Below, piece by piece: positions 41,993 through 53,231 of a DNA stretch of 64,000 nt. The stretch covers positions 150,171 through 214,170 of the forward strand of contig CBDBFU010000003.1 of assembly GCA_965205025.1 (NCBI GenBank), written 5' to 3'. The translations under genes were made by a program, and so were the position numbers. The notes beneath the pieces were generated by a model that did not search any database, was not told where the DNA came from, and worked only from the letters and a program-made list of their open reading frames with translations. How positions within the stretch are numbered: the first letter of the stretch is position 1; every line of letters begins with the position of its first letter. The stretch is from Candidatus Poribacteria bacterium (GTDB lineage Bacteria; Poribacteria; WGA-4E; WGA-3G).

Positions 41993-42494
41993 TTACATGT
42001 AAGGTTTCAGGTCCCAGAGAAGAATGGATCCATCGAAACTCGCGCTTGCTAAAAGTTCGTTATTGGGGGGAAAAAGCGACTGCTTGGATGTCCGATACAT
42101 GCCCCCAAAAAGTGACGATGTGTTTGCCAGTCGCAACTTCCCACAAACAGATGGGCACCTTCTCTAATCCTTGTCCCCAATAAGAACCATAAGCGAGGTA
42201 TTGTCCACAAGATGAGAATGTCAACGAATGCACAGTTTGACATTCCTCCTGCAACGGTATACGTCTATGTATTTCTTGACGTTTTAGATCCCACAGCAGA
42301 ATACCTTCTTCTCGATCTTCTCCAGCCCACGCCAGATGGGAACTACACGGAGAATAGGCATAACGCCATGCATGCCGAAATGGTAATGCCATCCCAATCG
42401 CGCCACTGCACCTTCAGGGAGTGCCCAGGTTGTCACATCATCTCCGTCTGTACTTCCTGACGCAGGGGTTACTAATTTATTGGTTTTCCGTCAA
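41993..42494 (-). pseudogene. Internally deleted WD40-repeat paralog
   Basis: N-terminal TWALPEGAVARLG is joined almost directly to C-terminal blades (FWGHVSD, LLWDLKPYM*), with stops and frameshifts. Confidence 0.75.
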
Positions 42495-42510
42495 AATATC
42501 TCCTTGTGTT

Positions 42511-44461
42511 CTACAGATAAGGAGTTAAATCCCAAAGGTAGATCGCTCCATCATGTCCACCACTTACCAATAGGGTGCCGTCCTGCGAAAATGCGAAGCA
42601 CTGAACATCGGTGGTGTGTCCCCAGAACGTGGCAATGTTTTTGCCTGTTACGACCTCCCATAAGCGGATAGGCACCTTCTGTAGACCCCGTTGCCACCAC
42701 GAACCGGAAAGTAAGTAATGTCCACAAGGTGAAAAACATAGTGTAATTGGTCGCCCATTTCCTTCGGATTGTGACAGGGTCATAAGCATTTTGCCATCTG
42801 TTGCATCCCAAAATACGATCTCACCAGACTTGCCACCAGCAATGATGTCTCCGTTCGGCGAAAACGCTATCCCAGCGTCTTTCTCAAAGTTTGTCGAAGA
42901 TGTTAAAGGAAGTTCAGCAATCTGTTCCCCTGAATCAACATCCCATAAACAGGCTTTGCAATCCCGGGACCTTGATATACTCGCGAGTCGTTTTCCATCT
43001 GGGCTAAATGTCAACCCAGTATGATTAAACCTCGATTGGTAAGTGAATTCTTCATCATTAATTATCGTGGTAAGCTTTTTCCATTTTTCGCTTTCTGTCA
43101 TATCATTTAAGATCGGTAGTCGTTCCCAGATGTGTATGTTACCATTTTTGTCCACGTTTGCGATCCTGTGCCCTGTAGAAGCGTAAGCTTTGGCGCGGCT
43201 TAAGCCCTCATTCGGTCCGAAGAGTTCTGCAATTGGTTCATTCTTGCCGACTTCCCACACGTTTAATTTATCTTCATATTGGTTGATAGAAATGAGTTTC
43301 CCATTGGGAGTGTGATAAACGTTATGTGAAGTACCGGGCAGTTTTTCGTTGTGTGGTCGGTATGAACGTCTACTTGCGAGGTCCCACAGGTGGATATTGT
43401 CACGCCAAAATCCGGCGGCAAGTGTCTTTTCATCAGGTGAAAAGACTAACGTATCCATCGTAGGAATATGTCCATGAAGGGTTGAAAGTGCGTGTGAAGG
43501 ACCTTCCGCTTTCGCCCAAATTTTGATTTCACTACGGCTTTCGACTGCTAATTGTTTTCCGCTGCTCGAAAAACAGGTAATCCAGTTATTCCCTCGATGT
43601 TCAAACTCGTCAAGTTTTTCGTTCTGTTCTATATTCCAGACCTCAACCTTGCGTTCAGAAATCGCAGCGGCAACCAACCCACCCTCTGATGAGTAATGTG
43701 GAAAAATCCGGGCATCTCCATAATCAGTATGAATCGTTTCCAGTCGTCCTTTTTCTAAATCCCAAACCCAAATTGTACCATCCGAACTACCAGCGGCAAG
43801 CTGCCTTCCATCGGGTGAAAAGCGGAGGTTCTGCATCTCGTCGGGGTATTCCGTGAAACAACCGATTCGTTCTGCCGTCTCGACATTCCATATAATAACG
43901 GATTCTGGATCAGAATCCCTCTCGCTCTTTTTTCCTACCAACAACCTTGCATCAGGAGAAAACCGGCATGGATGAATATCATAGGAGTCTCGGATTTCAG
44001 TTTCGCTGAGTTGTTTTCCAGTGTGTGGACACCAAACGTATATTTTCCCATGACTGCTAAAACTAATTGATGCAATGCGCTGTCCGTCTTGAGAGAAGAC
44101 AGGTTTAGAAATATCGCTCCTGCCGTGATCGTTTACTTCGACTATACAAACACTGCTTTCAATATCCCATATCTTTATATCCCCCGCAAAAGTGTGTGTG
44201 ACAATCCGACGATTATCAGGGGAAAATGTAACAGAGTCAGTCATCCCGCGTTCTGTATCCCAGAGAGCGATAGGAAATAGTGTAGGGGAGTTCGTATAAC
44301 CAGAGTCCGATTTCTGATGCTACTGCGAAGTACTGCTCGTCCAGTGAGAATGCCATATCGCGGATACTACCCCGTCCCAACCGAGCGATAGCACCATCGG
44401 GAAGTGCCCATTTGGCTATATCACTGTCGTCAGGGCTAAAGGAAAGCTTTCTGTTTTCCAT
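42511..44461 (-). CDS. WD40-repeat beta-propeller protein, frameshift near 44280
   Basis: WALPDGAIARLGRG N-terminus (ORF 44237-44461) continues into FSPD/WD repeats (ORF 42511-44244). Confidence 0.85.
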
Positions 44462-44481
44462 GAAAATACTTCCTTGCGTTC

Positions 44482-44612
44482 TACAGATAAGGAGTTAGAT
44501 CCCAAAGATACATCCCTCCATCATGTCCACGGGCTTACTAATAGGGTAGGGTGCTGTCTTGTGAGAACTTGAAACATTGGACATCGGGGGTGTGTCCTCA
44601 AAATACAATGTT
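44482..44612 (-). pseudogene. 3' remnant of a third WD40 paralog
   Basis: Degenerate copy of 42511-42640 (GH..DVQCF.FSQD...GHDG..YLWDLTPYL*) with stops. Confidence 0.75.
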
Positions 44613-44620
44613 CACTAACA

Positions 44621-44931
44621 ACTATTTTCCTTTACGCATTCCTGTCAACACTACCAATGGTTCTGTGCTTGTGACAGTTAGAGAAATGATATGTATTTGC
44701 AGGAACATCAATTCTATCGCCTCGTTTGACGGTGTCCGTAGCATCTTCTACTTTTGCCTCAGCAGTCCCAGATAATACACATACAACTTCATCCTGTGTA
44801 TGGATATAATCAAGGTATGCACCGCCTGGACGACCTGACCACTGATATGGATCGAAACCTTCTGATTCTAATTGTGCCTTTAATGCTTCAACATCGTCAT
44901 TTTGTTCTAACCAATTTGATTTCCATTTCAT
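44621..44931 (-). CDS. Small cupin-domain protein, probable frameshift near its 3' end
   Basis: H.QDEV..VLSG and GD.I.VPANTYH cupin motifs. Confidence 0.75.
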
Positions 44932-44942
44932 TGATATTCTCC

Positions 44943-47644
44943 TTATAATGGTTCAATTTTTACCGGGACATACTTTTAGCTCTGCGGTATGTGTTATTGG
45001 ATCGTATCCTGATCCTGTTAATACATTTACAGGTACATCTGAGAAACTGAAACTTGCAAAAACCGTACCGCGTGGGGATCGGTCAGTAGCCTTAACTTTA
45101 ATCTCAATAGCCCCTCTTGCACTCCTCATTCTACACCATTCACCATCTGTCAATTTCCATTTTTTCAGGTCATTTGGATTCACTTCGAGAGATTCTTCAG
45201 GTAACAGATAGTCAATTCCTTGCGACCTTCCCGTTTGGGTTCGTGTATGGTAGGATTGTAACCTTCTCCCTGTTGTAAGCCATACCGGGAATTCATCACT
45301 GATAGTTTCAGCCGGATCTCTATAGTTAACAGTAGAAAATATTCCTTTTCCATTGATAAATGAATCTTCGTGTAATCTTGGTGTGCCGGGATGATCTTTA
45401 TGTGGTACAGGCCACTGATACTCTCCGTTATCGATTCTATCCCAATTCAAGCCTGCATAAATTGGTGATAGATCACATAGCTCATTGAAGATTACTTTTG
45501 GTGCATTGTAGTCAAAACCGTTGAATCCAAGCCTTTGAGGCAATCTGACATATTATCCACCAATCAGGTTTTGCTACTCCTGGTGGTGTAACAGCAGCAC
45601 GCATCCGTTGTACACGTCGTTCAGTATTTGTGCATACCCCATCAGTTTCTCCCCAAGCGGATGCTGGTAATACAACATCTGCAAGTTCTGCTGTCTCGGT
45701 TAGGAATATATCAATGACGACGAGATGCTTTAAGGAACGGAGTGCATGTTCACAATGTTCGCGGTCTGGATCAGATATGAGTGTATTCTCACCATCAATA
45801 AGCATGGCATGGATACTATCACCACACAAATCTAATGCTGTGACTTTTGTAATCCCTTTCTCTTTGTCGATTTCTTTGCCATAGACTTCCTTAAACTTCT
45901 CCTGATGTTTAGGAACGGTGACCGATTGAAAACCGGGATAGTTATTAGGTAAAGCCCCTGAATCTCCGGCGCCTTGAATGTTATTCTGTCCACGCATAGG
46001 GTTGATACCTGTCCCTTCGCGTCCAACATGCCCCGTCATCAACGCGAGGTTACATAGACTTTGTACATTTTCTACACCGCAGATATGCTCAGTAATACCG
46101 AGTGTATAATATATCGCACCTTTATCCGCTGCTCCATACCACAGTGCTGCAGTTTCAATGTCTTTTGCTGGAACACCTGTGATTGATTCTGCCCATTCCG
46201 GTGTCCATTGGCTAATGTGTTCAAAGAAATCATCAAAACCAGTTGTTCGATCTTGAATGAAATCCTCATTAATTAGTCCTTCCCGTGCTATGACATGTGC
46301 CATACCGAGAAGTAATGCGGTATCTGAACCCACCCGTAACGGTAGATATAGGTGAGATAATTCTGCTAATCCTATCCGTCTTGGATCAGCTACAATTAAC
46401 TTTGCTCCACGAGCGATAGCCTTTTTAAGTCCAGTTGCAGCAACAGGATGGCATTCTGTCATATTTGTACCGATGCAAAATATAACATCGGGTTTTTGCA
46501 TATCAACTAACGGATTAGACATTGCCCCGCGTCCAATTGTCGCTGCCAGACCGGCAACGGTTGGAGCATGTCAGGCACGGCTGCAATTGTCTATGTAGTT
46601 TGTACCGAATCCCGCTCGAATGAATTTCTGCATTATATAGGATGCTTCACTGGGTGCGCGCCCAGATGCAATTCCATATATACTATACTTCCCGTGTTCC
46701 TCATATACCTTTTTAAAACCGTCTGCAGCTTTATCCAGTGCCTCCTCCCAAGTAGATTCGTGTAGGTCTCCGTCCTCACCCCGGATAAGAGGTGTTTTAA
46801 GACGATCAGAGTGTTGGACGAAATCATAAGCGAACTGACCTTTTACACAGAGTGCACCTTCGTTTGCTGGACCATCCATTGCTGGATGAATCCCTATAAT
46901 TTTCTCATCATTTGTCAAGATATCTACAGAACAACCTACCCCACAATATGCACAAATAGTACGCGTTTTATTGATTTCAGAATCTTTTACATGCTCAACG
47001 GCTCTGAGTGCCTTTTTATCCGCAAGCGCACCAGTAGGACATGTTTGGATACATTGACCACAGAATGTGCATGCCGAGTCCTTTAGTAATCCATCAAATT
47101 CGGTAATAATCTGTGTATGAAATCCTCGATTCATTACATTTATGGCATGGTCACCTTCCTGTTCCGCACAAACCCGTACGCATCGATAGCAGGATATACA
47201 GAGTTCATAATCCCTAAGAATAAAAGGATTATCATCTGACTTAGTGGTGCCAGAGTTTGTACCAGAAAAATGAGATGTATCGACTTGATACTGATTACTT
47301 AGATTTGCAAATTCGTCTGAAGCATACCCACGCAATGGATGGACATCAATTTCACGATTTTCACTTGCCACCATTTCAAGGAGTGTCTTCCTATATGTTT
47401 CTATCGTATCGGTTGCAGTACGAATAACCATTCCTTCAGTAGCTTGAGTCGTGCAAGAAGCAATAGGATTCCGTGCACCTTCTAATTCTACGATACAGAG
47501 ACGACATCCACCAAACGGTTCCAATCGATTGTCGTAACATAATGTAGGTATTTCTTTTTGATGACGTTGTGCGACTTCAAGCACAGTTTCACCTTCAGAA
47601 AAGGTGACTTCTACATCATCAATATGCATTTTTAGAGTCATCAT
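44943..47644 (-). CDS. fdhF: Selenocysteine-containing formate dehydrogenase alpha subunit with N-terminal Fe-S domains; UGA at 46571-46573, apparent frameshifts near 45530 and 44963
   Basis: IPTLC/CRLC 2Fe-2S; two 4Fe-4S motifs; CAYCGVGC; DNCSRA-UGA-HAPTVAGL in frame with ORF 45512-46522; RGQNN.QG; TNTERRVQ; LTTGR. Confidence 0.9.
46535..46570 (-). promoter_or_regulatory. Bacterial SECIS hairpin immediately 3' of the UGA
   Basis: Minus strand: UGA cat gct cca ac-cgttgcc-ggtct-ggcagcg-acaattgg. The stem-loop with a GGUCU loop resembles the E. coli fdhF SECIS. Confidence 0.8.
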
Positions 47645-47745
47645 ACAAAACCTTTATTATGTCATTATCTATGGAATTATCGTCTGATTAACAGGGTAAA
47701 AGTAATGCAATTCCAAGTCTTTTCGATTGAGGTATTGATTACTTT

Positions 47746-48810
47746 CTATTCATCGTTTGCTTTGTTTGTAAAGTCGATTTGAGGCACTTCTAACTTACCA
47801 GACAGTATTTGTGCTTTTGCTTTAGCAACCGCATCAATTACATCTTTTGGTATCTGATCTTTCATATCAGGGTTGTAATTAAATGAAATTGCTTCATCGG
47901 TAATCATGTTAAAGGTTAGAAGTTTCGTCTTAAATTCTTTATTTGGGTTATTTTTAGCCTCTTTAACCATTTTGGCGACTTTAACAAATGCCTTTGGTGT
48001 TATCACACCATTTGCCAGAACAGTATTAGGTGAAATCTTACTCTTATCTCGATTTACCCCAAATGTATATACTTTATTTCCCTCTTTCAGTGCATCCTCT
48101 GCTGCATAATATGCGCCAAGACCGGCAGCATCAGCATTTGGGAATAAGAAGTCAACGCCTTCATTTATTAGCTGTACACAGAGTTCTTTCCCTTTTCCAG
48201 CATCGTGCCAATTACCAACATATACATTTCGTACATCTATATCTGGATTAACACTTTTAGCCCCAGCCTCAAAAGCCATAAAAGTACTCTTGATTGAGTT
48301 GATATTCTCTCCTCCTATAGTCCCAATTTTACCTTCTTTAGCCATCATTCCTGCCATAATTCCCATTAGGTATGCAGGTTGTTCAATCCTGAAGTTAACA
48401 GGTGCGATATTCTCTGTGGTTGTACCACCAGATGAGGTGATAAAAATAGTATTAGGAAAGTCTGGTGCGACCTTTAATGCTGGAAATTGGTATTCATAAC
48501 CATGTCCAAAAATTAGGTCATATCCGTCAGCAGCATAATGACGGAAGTGTTCTGCTTGTTCAGATGGGGTTGGACTTTCTACAAACCCTATTTTTGCATC
48601 AAGCTCTGTTTCGATTGCTTTTAATCCTTCATAGGCTAACTGATTCCATCCACCATCTGTAATTGAAGAAGGGAGTAACATTGCAACCTTAAAGCCGTCT
48701 TTCGTTTTTGAATCAGAACAGCCAAGAAACAATGTACATATACAAAATGATAAAATCAATAATAGTATAGAAGCCTTCGGGATACGTGTTGAACATCGAA
48801 CTTTACTCAT
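47746..48810 (-). CDS. BMP/PnrA-family substrate-binding lipoprotein
   Basis: Lipobox FLGC, D.GWNQ.AYEGL, GYDLIFGHG and AFEAGAK.VNP. Confidence 0.88.
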   Translation of the reverse strand: MSKVRCSTRIPKASILLLILSFCICTLFLGCSDSKTKDGFKVAMLLPSSITDGGWNQLAYEGLKAIETELDAKIGFVESPTPSEQAEHFRHYAADGYDLIFGHGYEYQFPALKVAPDFPNTIFITSSGGTTTENIAPVNFRIEQPAYLMGIMAGMMAKEGKIGTIGGENINSIKSTFMAFEAGAKSVNPDIDVRNVYVGNWHDAGKGKELCVQLINEGVDFLFPNADAAGLGAYYAAEDALKEGNKVYTFGVNRDKSKISPNTVLANGVITPKAFVKVAKMVKEAKNNPNKEFKTKLLTFNMITDEAISFNYNPDMKDQIPKDVIDAVAKAKAQILSGKLEVPQIDFTNKANDE

Positions 48811-49038
48811 GATATGTCTCCTAATTAAAAAGATTATCACAATTATAACATATATAGAATTAGATGTAAAATGGTAAGAAATTAATATTAATGCTCATTA
48901 GTTGTAAGGAATAATATTACTCTGGTGAAGTGATGATTATAGTTTGGGTAACAGGATAATATTCTGGTCGAGAATGATGAATGTGACAAAGTCGTTAGGT
49001 GAGAAAGTATAGCTCCTTCATCAGGTTAGAGTAAAATC

Positions 49039-50358
49039 TTACAATAATGGTTCTGATGTGATACCAAGTAAACGTGGTAGCCATAGACTCAATTCTGGTA
49101 TATAAGTTACACATATCAGTGCAATTATTAATAGACCGATAAAAAGAAGGACAGACCTATAGAGCACAATTACAGATCTATCAAACTTCATACTTGAGAT
49201 GAATAGATTCATACCTATAGGTGGTGTTAAATAACCAATTTCAAGGTTTGTCAATACGATTATCCCGAGGTGTACTTTGTCTATTCCTAAGACTTCTGCC
49301 ATGGGTATTAATAACGGTACTACAATTACTATGGCAGAAAAAATATCCATTAGGCATCCAACAAGGAGTAAAAAGATGTTTAAACCTATTAGGGTTATAA
49401 TTTCATTATCAGTAATAGACTGAATCCAATCAAGTACGGTATATGGCACTTCAAGGGTGATAAGGTAGTTGGATAGCCCTAATGCAATGCCGAGAATAAT
49501 CAGTATTGCCCCAACGAGTATCATGCTTTCTTTTACTAATTTTGGTAAAGCTTTAACCGAGATAGATCGGTGGATACAGATCTCTATGACACAAACGTAT
49601 ATTACCGTTAAGGCAGCAGCTTCATCAAGGGATACTAATCCTGTAATGTAATTTAGAACTGGGAGTTTAATCTTTATTATTCCACCCAGGATCAGAAATG
49701 GTAAGAGGAGTTCCCACTTAGCATCCCAAAACGATCTTAGGAAATCATTCAATTTGAATGGTGTGGTTTCAGTCCGTTTGAATATACTCCATCCACCACA
49801 ATATATACTTAGGATTAGAAGAATAAGTAGTCCAGGAATAATGCCTGCTACGAACATTGCAATGATCGGTATTTGTGCGATTATTGCATATAAGACCAGT
49901 GGTATACTCGGAGGGAATAGAAGTCCAATACTCCCAGATGTTGTTATTAGACCTAATGAGAATCTATCACTATAGGTTTGTCTAAGGATTGGATACACCA
50001 AGCCACCGAGGGCAATAATGGTAACCCCAGATGCCCCCGTAAAGGTTGTAAAAAATGCACAGGTTACAAGGACTACTATAGCAATACCGCCAGGTAACCA
50101 TCCAACACTTGCCCGTGCGAATGCTACTAATCTTTGAGGTGCTTTTCCTTCTGCGATTATATATCCTGCGAATGTAAATAGAGGTATAATCAGTATGGTA
50201 GGATTTCGAGTCAGTCTATTTATATCAATCAGGATTTGGGATATTGGTTCGTCTGCAATTGCATATCCTATGATTGATGCACCCCCCAGTAGGACGAATA
50301 ACGCACCACCGAATAATGCAAAACCAACTAATCCTATTCCTATGATGTACCCCATCAA
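49039..50358 (-). CDS. dctM: TRAP transporter large permease
   Basis: IPLFTFAG, SGSIGLLFPPS, MFVAGIIPG, EIGYLTPPIGMNLF. Confidence 0.92.
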   Translation of the reverse strand: MMGYIIGIGLVGFALFGGALFVLLGGASIIGYAIADEPISQILIDINRLTRNPTILIIPLFTFAGYIIAEGKAPQRLVAFARASVGWLPGGIAIVVLVTCAFFTTFTGASGVTIIALGGLVYPILRQTYSDRFSLGLITTSGSIGLLFPPSIPLVLYAIIAQIPIIAMFVAGIIPGLLILLILSIYCGGWSIFKRTETTPFKLNDFLRSFWDAKWELLLPFLILGGIIKIKLPVLNYITGLVSLDEAAALTVIYVCVIEICIHRSISVKALPKLVKESMILVGAILIILGIALGLSNYLITLEVPYTVLDWIQSITDNEIITLIGLNIFLLLVGCLMDIFSAIVIVVPLLIPMAEVLGIDKVHLGIIVLTNLEIGYLTPPIGMNLFISSMKFDRSVIVLYRSVLLFIGLLIIALICVTYIPELSLWLPRLLGITSEPLL

Positions 50359-50879
50359 TCCGATTCTCCTATGGCTATAGTGTCAACATCCTCGAGACCT
50401 GTAATAGTTAAGAATAGATGTAATATAAGATGTAACCCCATTAACAGAAATCCTGAAGGGATAATTGCTTTTGCATACCAAAGCGGGATAGGACCAATCA
50501 ACTTTGCATCACTCTTCATTTCTCCGATTAAGTAGGTACAACTGAAATAGACTAAAAAGGCAATGACTATAAGACTCAGTCCATCAACGATTAAGCCTCG
50601 AAATCGTTGTAGGTGTTTAGGAAGAATTCTATTGAGAACATCTATACTTATGTGTCGTTTTTCACAGGAGGCAAGAGCAGCACCCAGAAAACATAACCAG
50701 AGTGTAAGGTTTTCAAGCATCACCGTTTTCCACAACAAACTTGTTTTGAAAACATAACGTAGGACGATTTCAAGGACTGCAAGAACAATCATCATCGCTA
50801 CGATTGTACATAACATACCTGTTTCTATTTTACCAAGGAAGGTATTTATACGTTTTATATAGCTTCTTATATTTTCCAT
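50355..50879 (-). CDS. dctQ: TRAP transporter small permease
   Basis: Four TM segments; W..FLGAALA and HISIDVL. Confidence 0.88.
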   Translation of the reverse strand: MENIRSYIKRINTFLGKIETGMLCTIVAMMIVLAVLEIVLRYVFKTSLLWKTVMLENLTLWLCFLGAALASCEKRHISIDVLNRILPKHLQRFRGLIVDGLSLIVIAFLVYFSCTYLIGEMKSDAKLIGPIPLWYAKAIIPSGFLLMGLHLILHLFLTITGLEDVDTIAIGESD

Positions 50880-50886
50880 TGGATTA

Positions 50887-52149
50887 TCAGTTGCTTTCTT
50901 CTGCTAATACTTGAATGCCTGCAGATGGTAGAACAGCAACTTTTGCTTGAGGAGGGAGAACTTTAGCAAAGAGATTTATCAATTGCTCTAAGTTGCGGAA
51001 TAGTATAGCATCTGGATGTTTCTTGTAGAAATCATCTACAAGAAAGTTTTCAGACCATACGTGAAGTTGATTTTGATTTCCGATTTTGGGTTCGGGAATT
51101 TCTGGTGGGGTAATTTCTTCTCTCTGTTGCTTGAAACGTGCATAATCAATTTGGTCGAATAACCCATGATAACATATTCCATCACATGCGGGGTTAAGTG
51201 CCATACGATATGCTTTTTCAAAATATCCTGCAGCCCATAAAGCTTTTCCCGTTTGGATAGGATCACTATCAAGTGGATAACAGTTAAGTACTACAAGATC
51301 AGTTTCTTTTCTTGATTTTTCAGGGATTTCCGTGCCGTAGGTTTCTAATGCAAACTTCGCTGCGGAGCGGTGTGCTTTTATATAGTCCCCCACAAATAGT
51401 CCGCATATTTCACGTTTTTTATTGACAACAACATTGGCAATAATATCAAGTCCAATTACGGCTGCTGTAGCTTCAGCGTAATCTCGATGGTCAAGTTCTG
51501 ATCCTTCTCTTTCAATAACAGCGTGTCCCCGGCTATTAGAGAAAGTATGAAAATAGAACATCGTATCAAATCCAGAGATACCAGGAACAATTAACTTTGC
51601 ACCACCACCGAATCCAACTGCACCATGGGGATATATTCCACCCAAACACATCTTAAATTCCGAATCAGCAACAATTCTATTTATGTAGATCGGCATTCCA
51701 TTGTCAAGTGATCCATATCCTTGTAGGTCACCACTCATGAAGTTATGTGATGATACTTCATACTCGGATACAATTTCTGTGCCGACTTTCTTCCCCATTT
51801 CTTCTTGTGTTAATGGACGGTGTGAACCTCCACCAATGACGAACCGTATTTCTGATTTTGGTATTCCTGCCAATGTGAGTTCTTGAAGAATGTGTGGAAT
51901 TACCTTTGCTGCAGGGGTAGGTCTACTCAGGTCATCAACAACAATGGCAGCACTCTTTTTACTCTTTGCCAGTTCGGTGATTCCGGGAGATTCAATTGGT
52001 TTTGTGAAAGCATTTTGAATTTGTTGGTCAGTAAATGGTGGAGCATCTTTTGGTGCTAACTTTTCTACTTCCCAACCGGTAGGAAAAGTTAACGTTAATT
52101 CTTCATCACCATACCATGCTTGAGAATGTACAGTTGCAGTGTTATTCAT
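50887..52149 (-). CDS. LarA-family (lactate racemase-like) protein
   Basis: VDDLSRPTP, GSHRP, PH..VGFGGGAKLIVPG. Confidence 0.82.
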   Translation of the reverse strand: MNNTATVHSQAWYGDEELTLTFPTGWEVEKLAPKDAPPFTDQQIQNAFTKPIESPGITELAKSKKSAAIVVDDLSRPTPAAKVIPHILQELTLAGIPKSEIRFVIGGGSHRPLTQEEMGKKVGTEIVSEYEVSSHNFMSGDLQGYGSLDNGMPIYINRIVADSEFKMCLGGIYPHGAVGFGGGAKLIVPGISGFDTMFYFHTFSNSRGHAVIEREGSELDHRDYAEATAAVIGLDIIANVVVNKKREICGLFVGDYIKAHRSAAKFALETYGTEIPEKSRKETDLVVLNCYPLDSDPIQTGKALWAAGYFEKAYRMALNPACDGICYHGLFDQIDYARFKQQREEITPPEIPEPKIGNQNQLHVWSENFLVDDFYKKHPDAILFRNLEQLINLFAKVLPPQAKVAVLPSAGIQVLAEESN

Positions 52150-52286
52150 AGGTGTTCTCCAATGTGAACGTTGTGAACACAGAATCCTTTTATAACCTTC
52201 ATTGTATTAGATAATAGATCTTATGTCAAGTTGGGGTGTGTATAGTAATGGGAAAAAGTGTTAATATTTATTGTTCTGAGATGATA

Positions 52287-52404
52287 GCACATTCACGGAA
52301 ACCTTCACGGAGCAATTTTGCGATCCCTTATTCTATAAGGGTTTATAATTTTAACTATACCCATTTTCCGTGAATCACATATGTTAATCTTGTCATAACC
52401 TCAA
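52287..52404. repeat. Element D, copy 2
   Basis: Near-identical to 18956-19070. Confidence 0.85.
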
Positions 52405-52616
52405 TTATCAGGACTAATTAATAAAAGATATTAGGCATTTGTAATTGAGAATTCACTATTTCGTTGTATCTTTAGATTGCATTCTCAACAGACAAAGAGG
52501 ATATGTGTAAATCCTATAGGCGATAATCTCAACACATTTGTCCTGTTGGGGTTATTTCCTATATATTTACCCCATTTCAATGATTCTTAATAGTAATTTT
52601 TATATTATTTATATGT

Positions 52617-52655
52617 TGAAAAAAGTTACACTTTTTGTCACACGGTGTGACATTG
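52617..52655. repeat. Element E, copy 2
   Basis: Identical to 19541-19579; further gtgaca/tgtcac sites follow at about 52709-52733. Confidence 0.9.
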
Positions 52656-52842
52656 GTAAAACCTCTATCCCGTCAGTACTACACTGGGTTTAGAGCCACT
52701 TTTTTAAGGTGACAAGAATTTGTCACTGTGACGAATTTTGTGTCTTTTTCTTTTTTTCTTATCCATTGATTTGACATTTTAGTTTTCATTAGAAATGTAA
52801 GATCGGGGATCGGAATCCAGGAATCAACGGTATGAATGACAT

Positions 52843-53091
52843 ATGAAGATTAATTTTTTAATTCGGTAATTCTAATTCACTCAGATCCGGTAAATATTGA
52901 GTCCCATTGGGATGGAATATTTATAGAAGTCGTTAACGCCAATATCCTAAGCCCCAGAGGGGCGAAATGTGTGTAGAAAACGTACTAAACCATTAAACCT
53001 AAGCCCCAGCGGGGCGAAATGTGTATCCTTAACTTAAATTGACGCTTATAGGCACACCCGTATATTACCGAATCTTTAAATTAATCCTCAT
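52843..53091. mobile_element. MITE F (~250 bp, ~28-bp imperfect TIR, three REP-like hairpins) inserted in the loop of a hairpin element
   Basis: Ends atgaagattaattttttaattcggtaat and attaccgaatctttaaattaatcctcat. Flanked by gaatcaacggtatgaatgacat and tagacattcaccg. Confidence 0.75.
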
Positions 53092-53122
53092 TAGACATTC
53101 ACCGCCTACCAAGGGGTGGGAA

Positions 53123-53222
53123 AGATCGGGGATTGGAATCCCTCCAACAGAATATAAGAGAAAGATCGGGGATTGGAATCCCTCCAACAGAAGAGAATGT
53201 GGGGGATTGGAATCGCCACAGA
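53123..53222. repeat. Tandem REP-like palindromes
   Basis: gatcggggattggaatccctccaacagaa twice plus a degenerate third copy. Confidence 0.8.
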
Positions 53223-53231
53223 AATATTGAT

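Noticed and set aside
44482-44612. Second copy of the WD40 gene 3' end as a possible DGR template repeat
   Set aside because: Differences are not adenine-specific and include indels and synonymous-type changes; no reverse transcriptase in the window.
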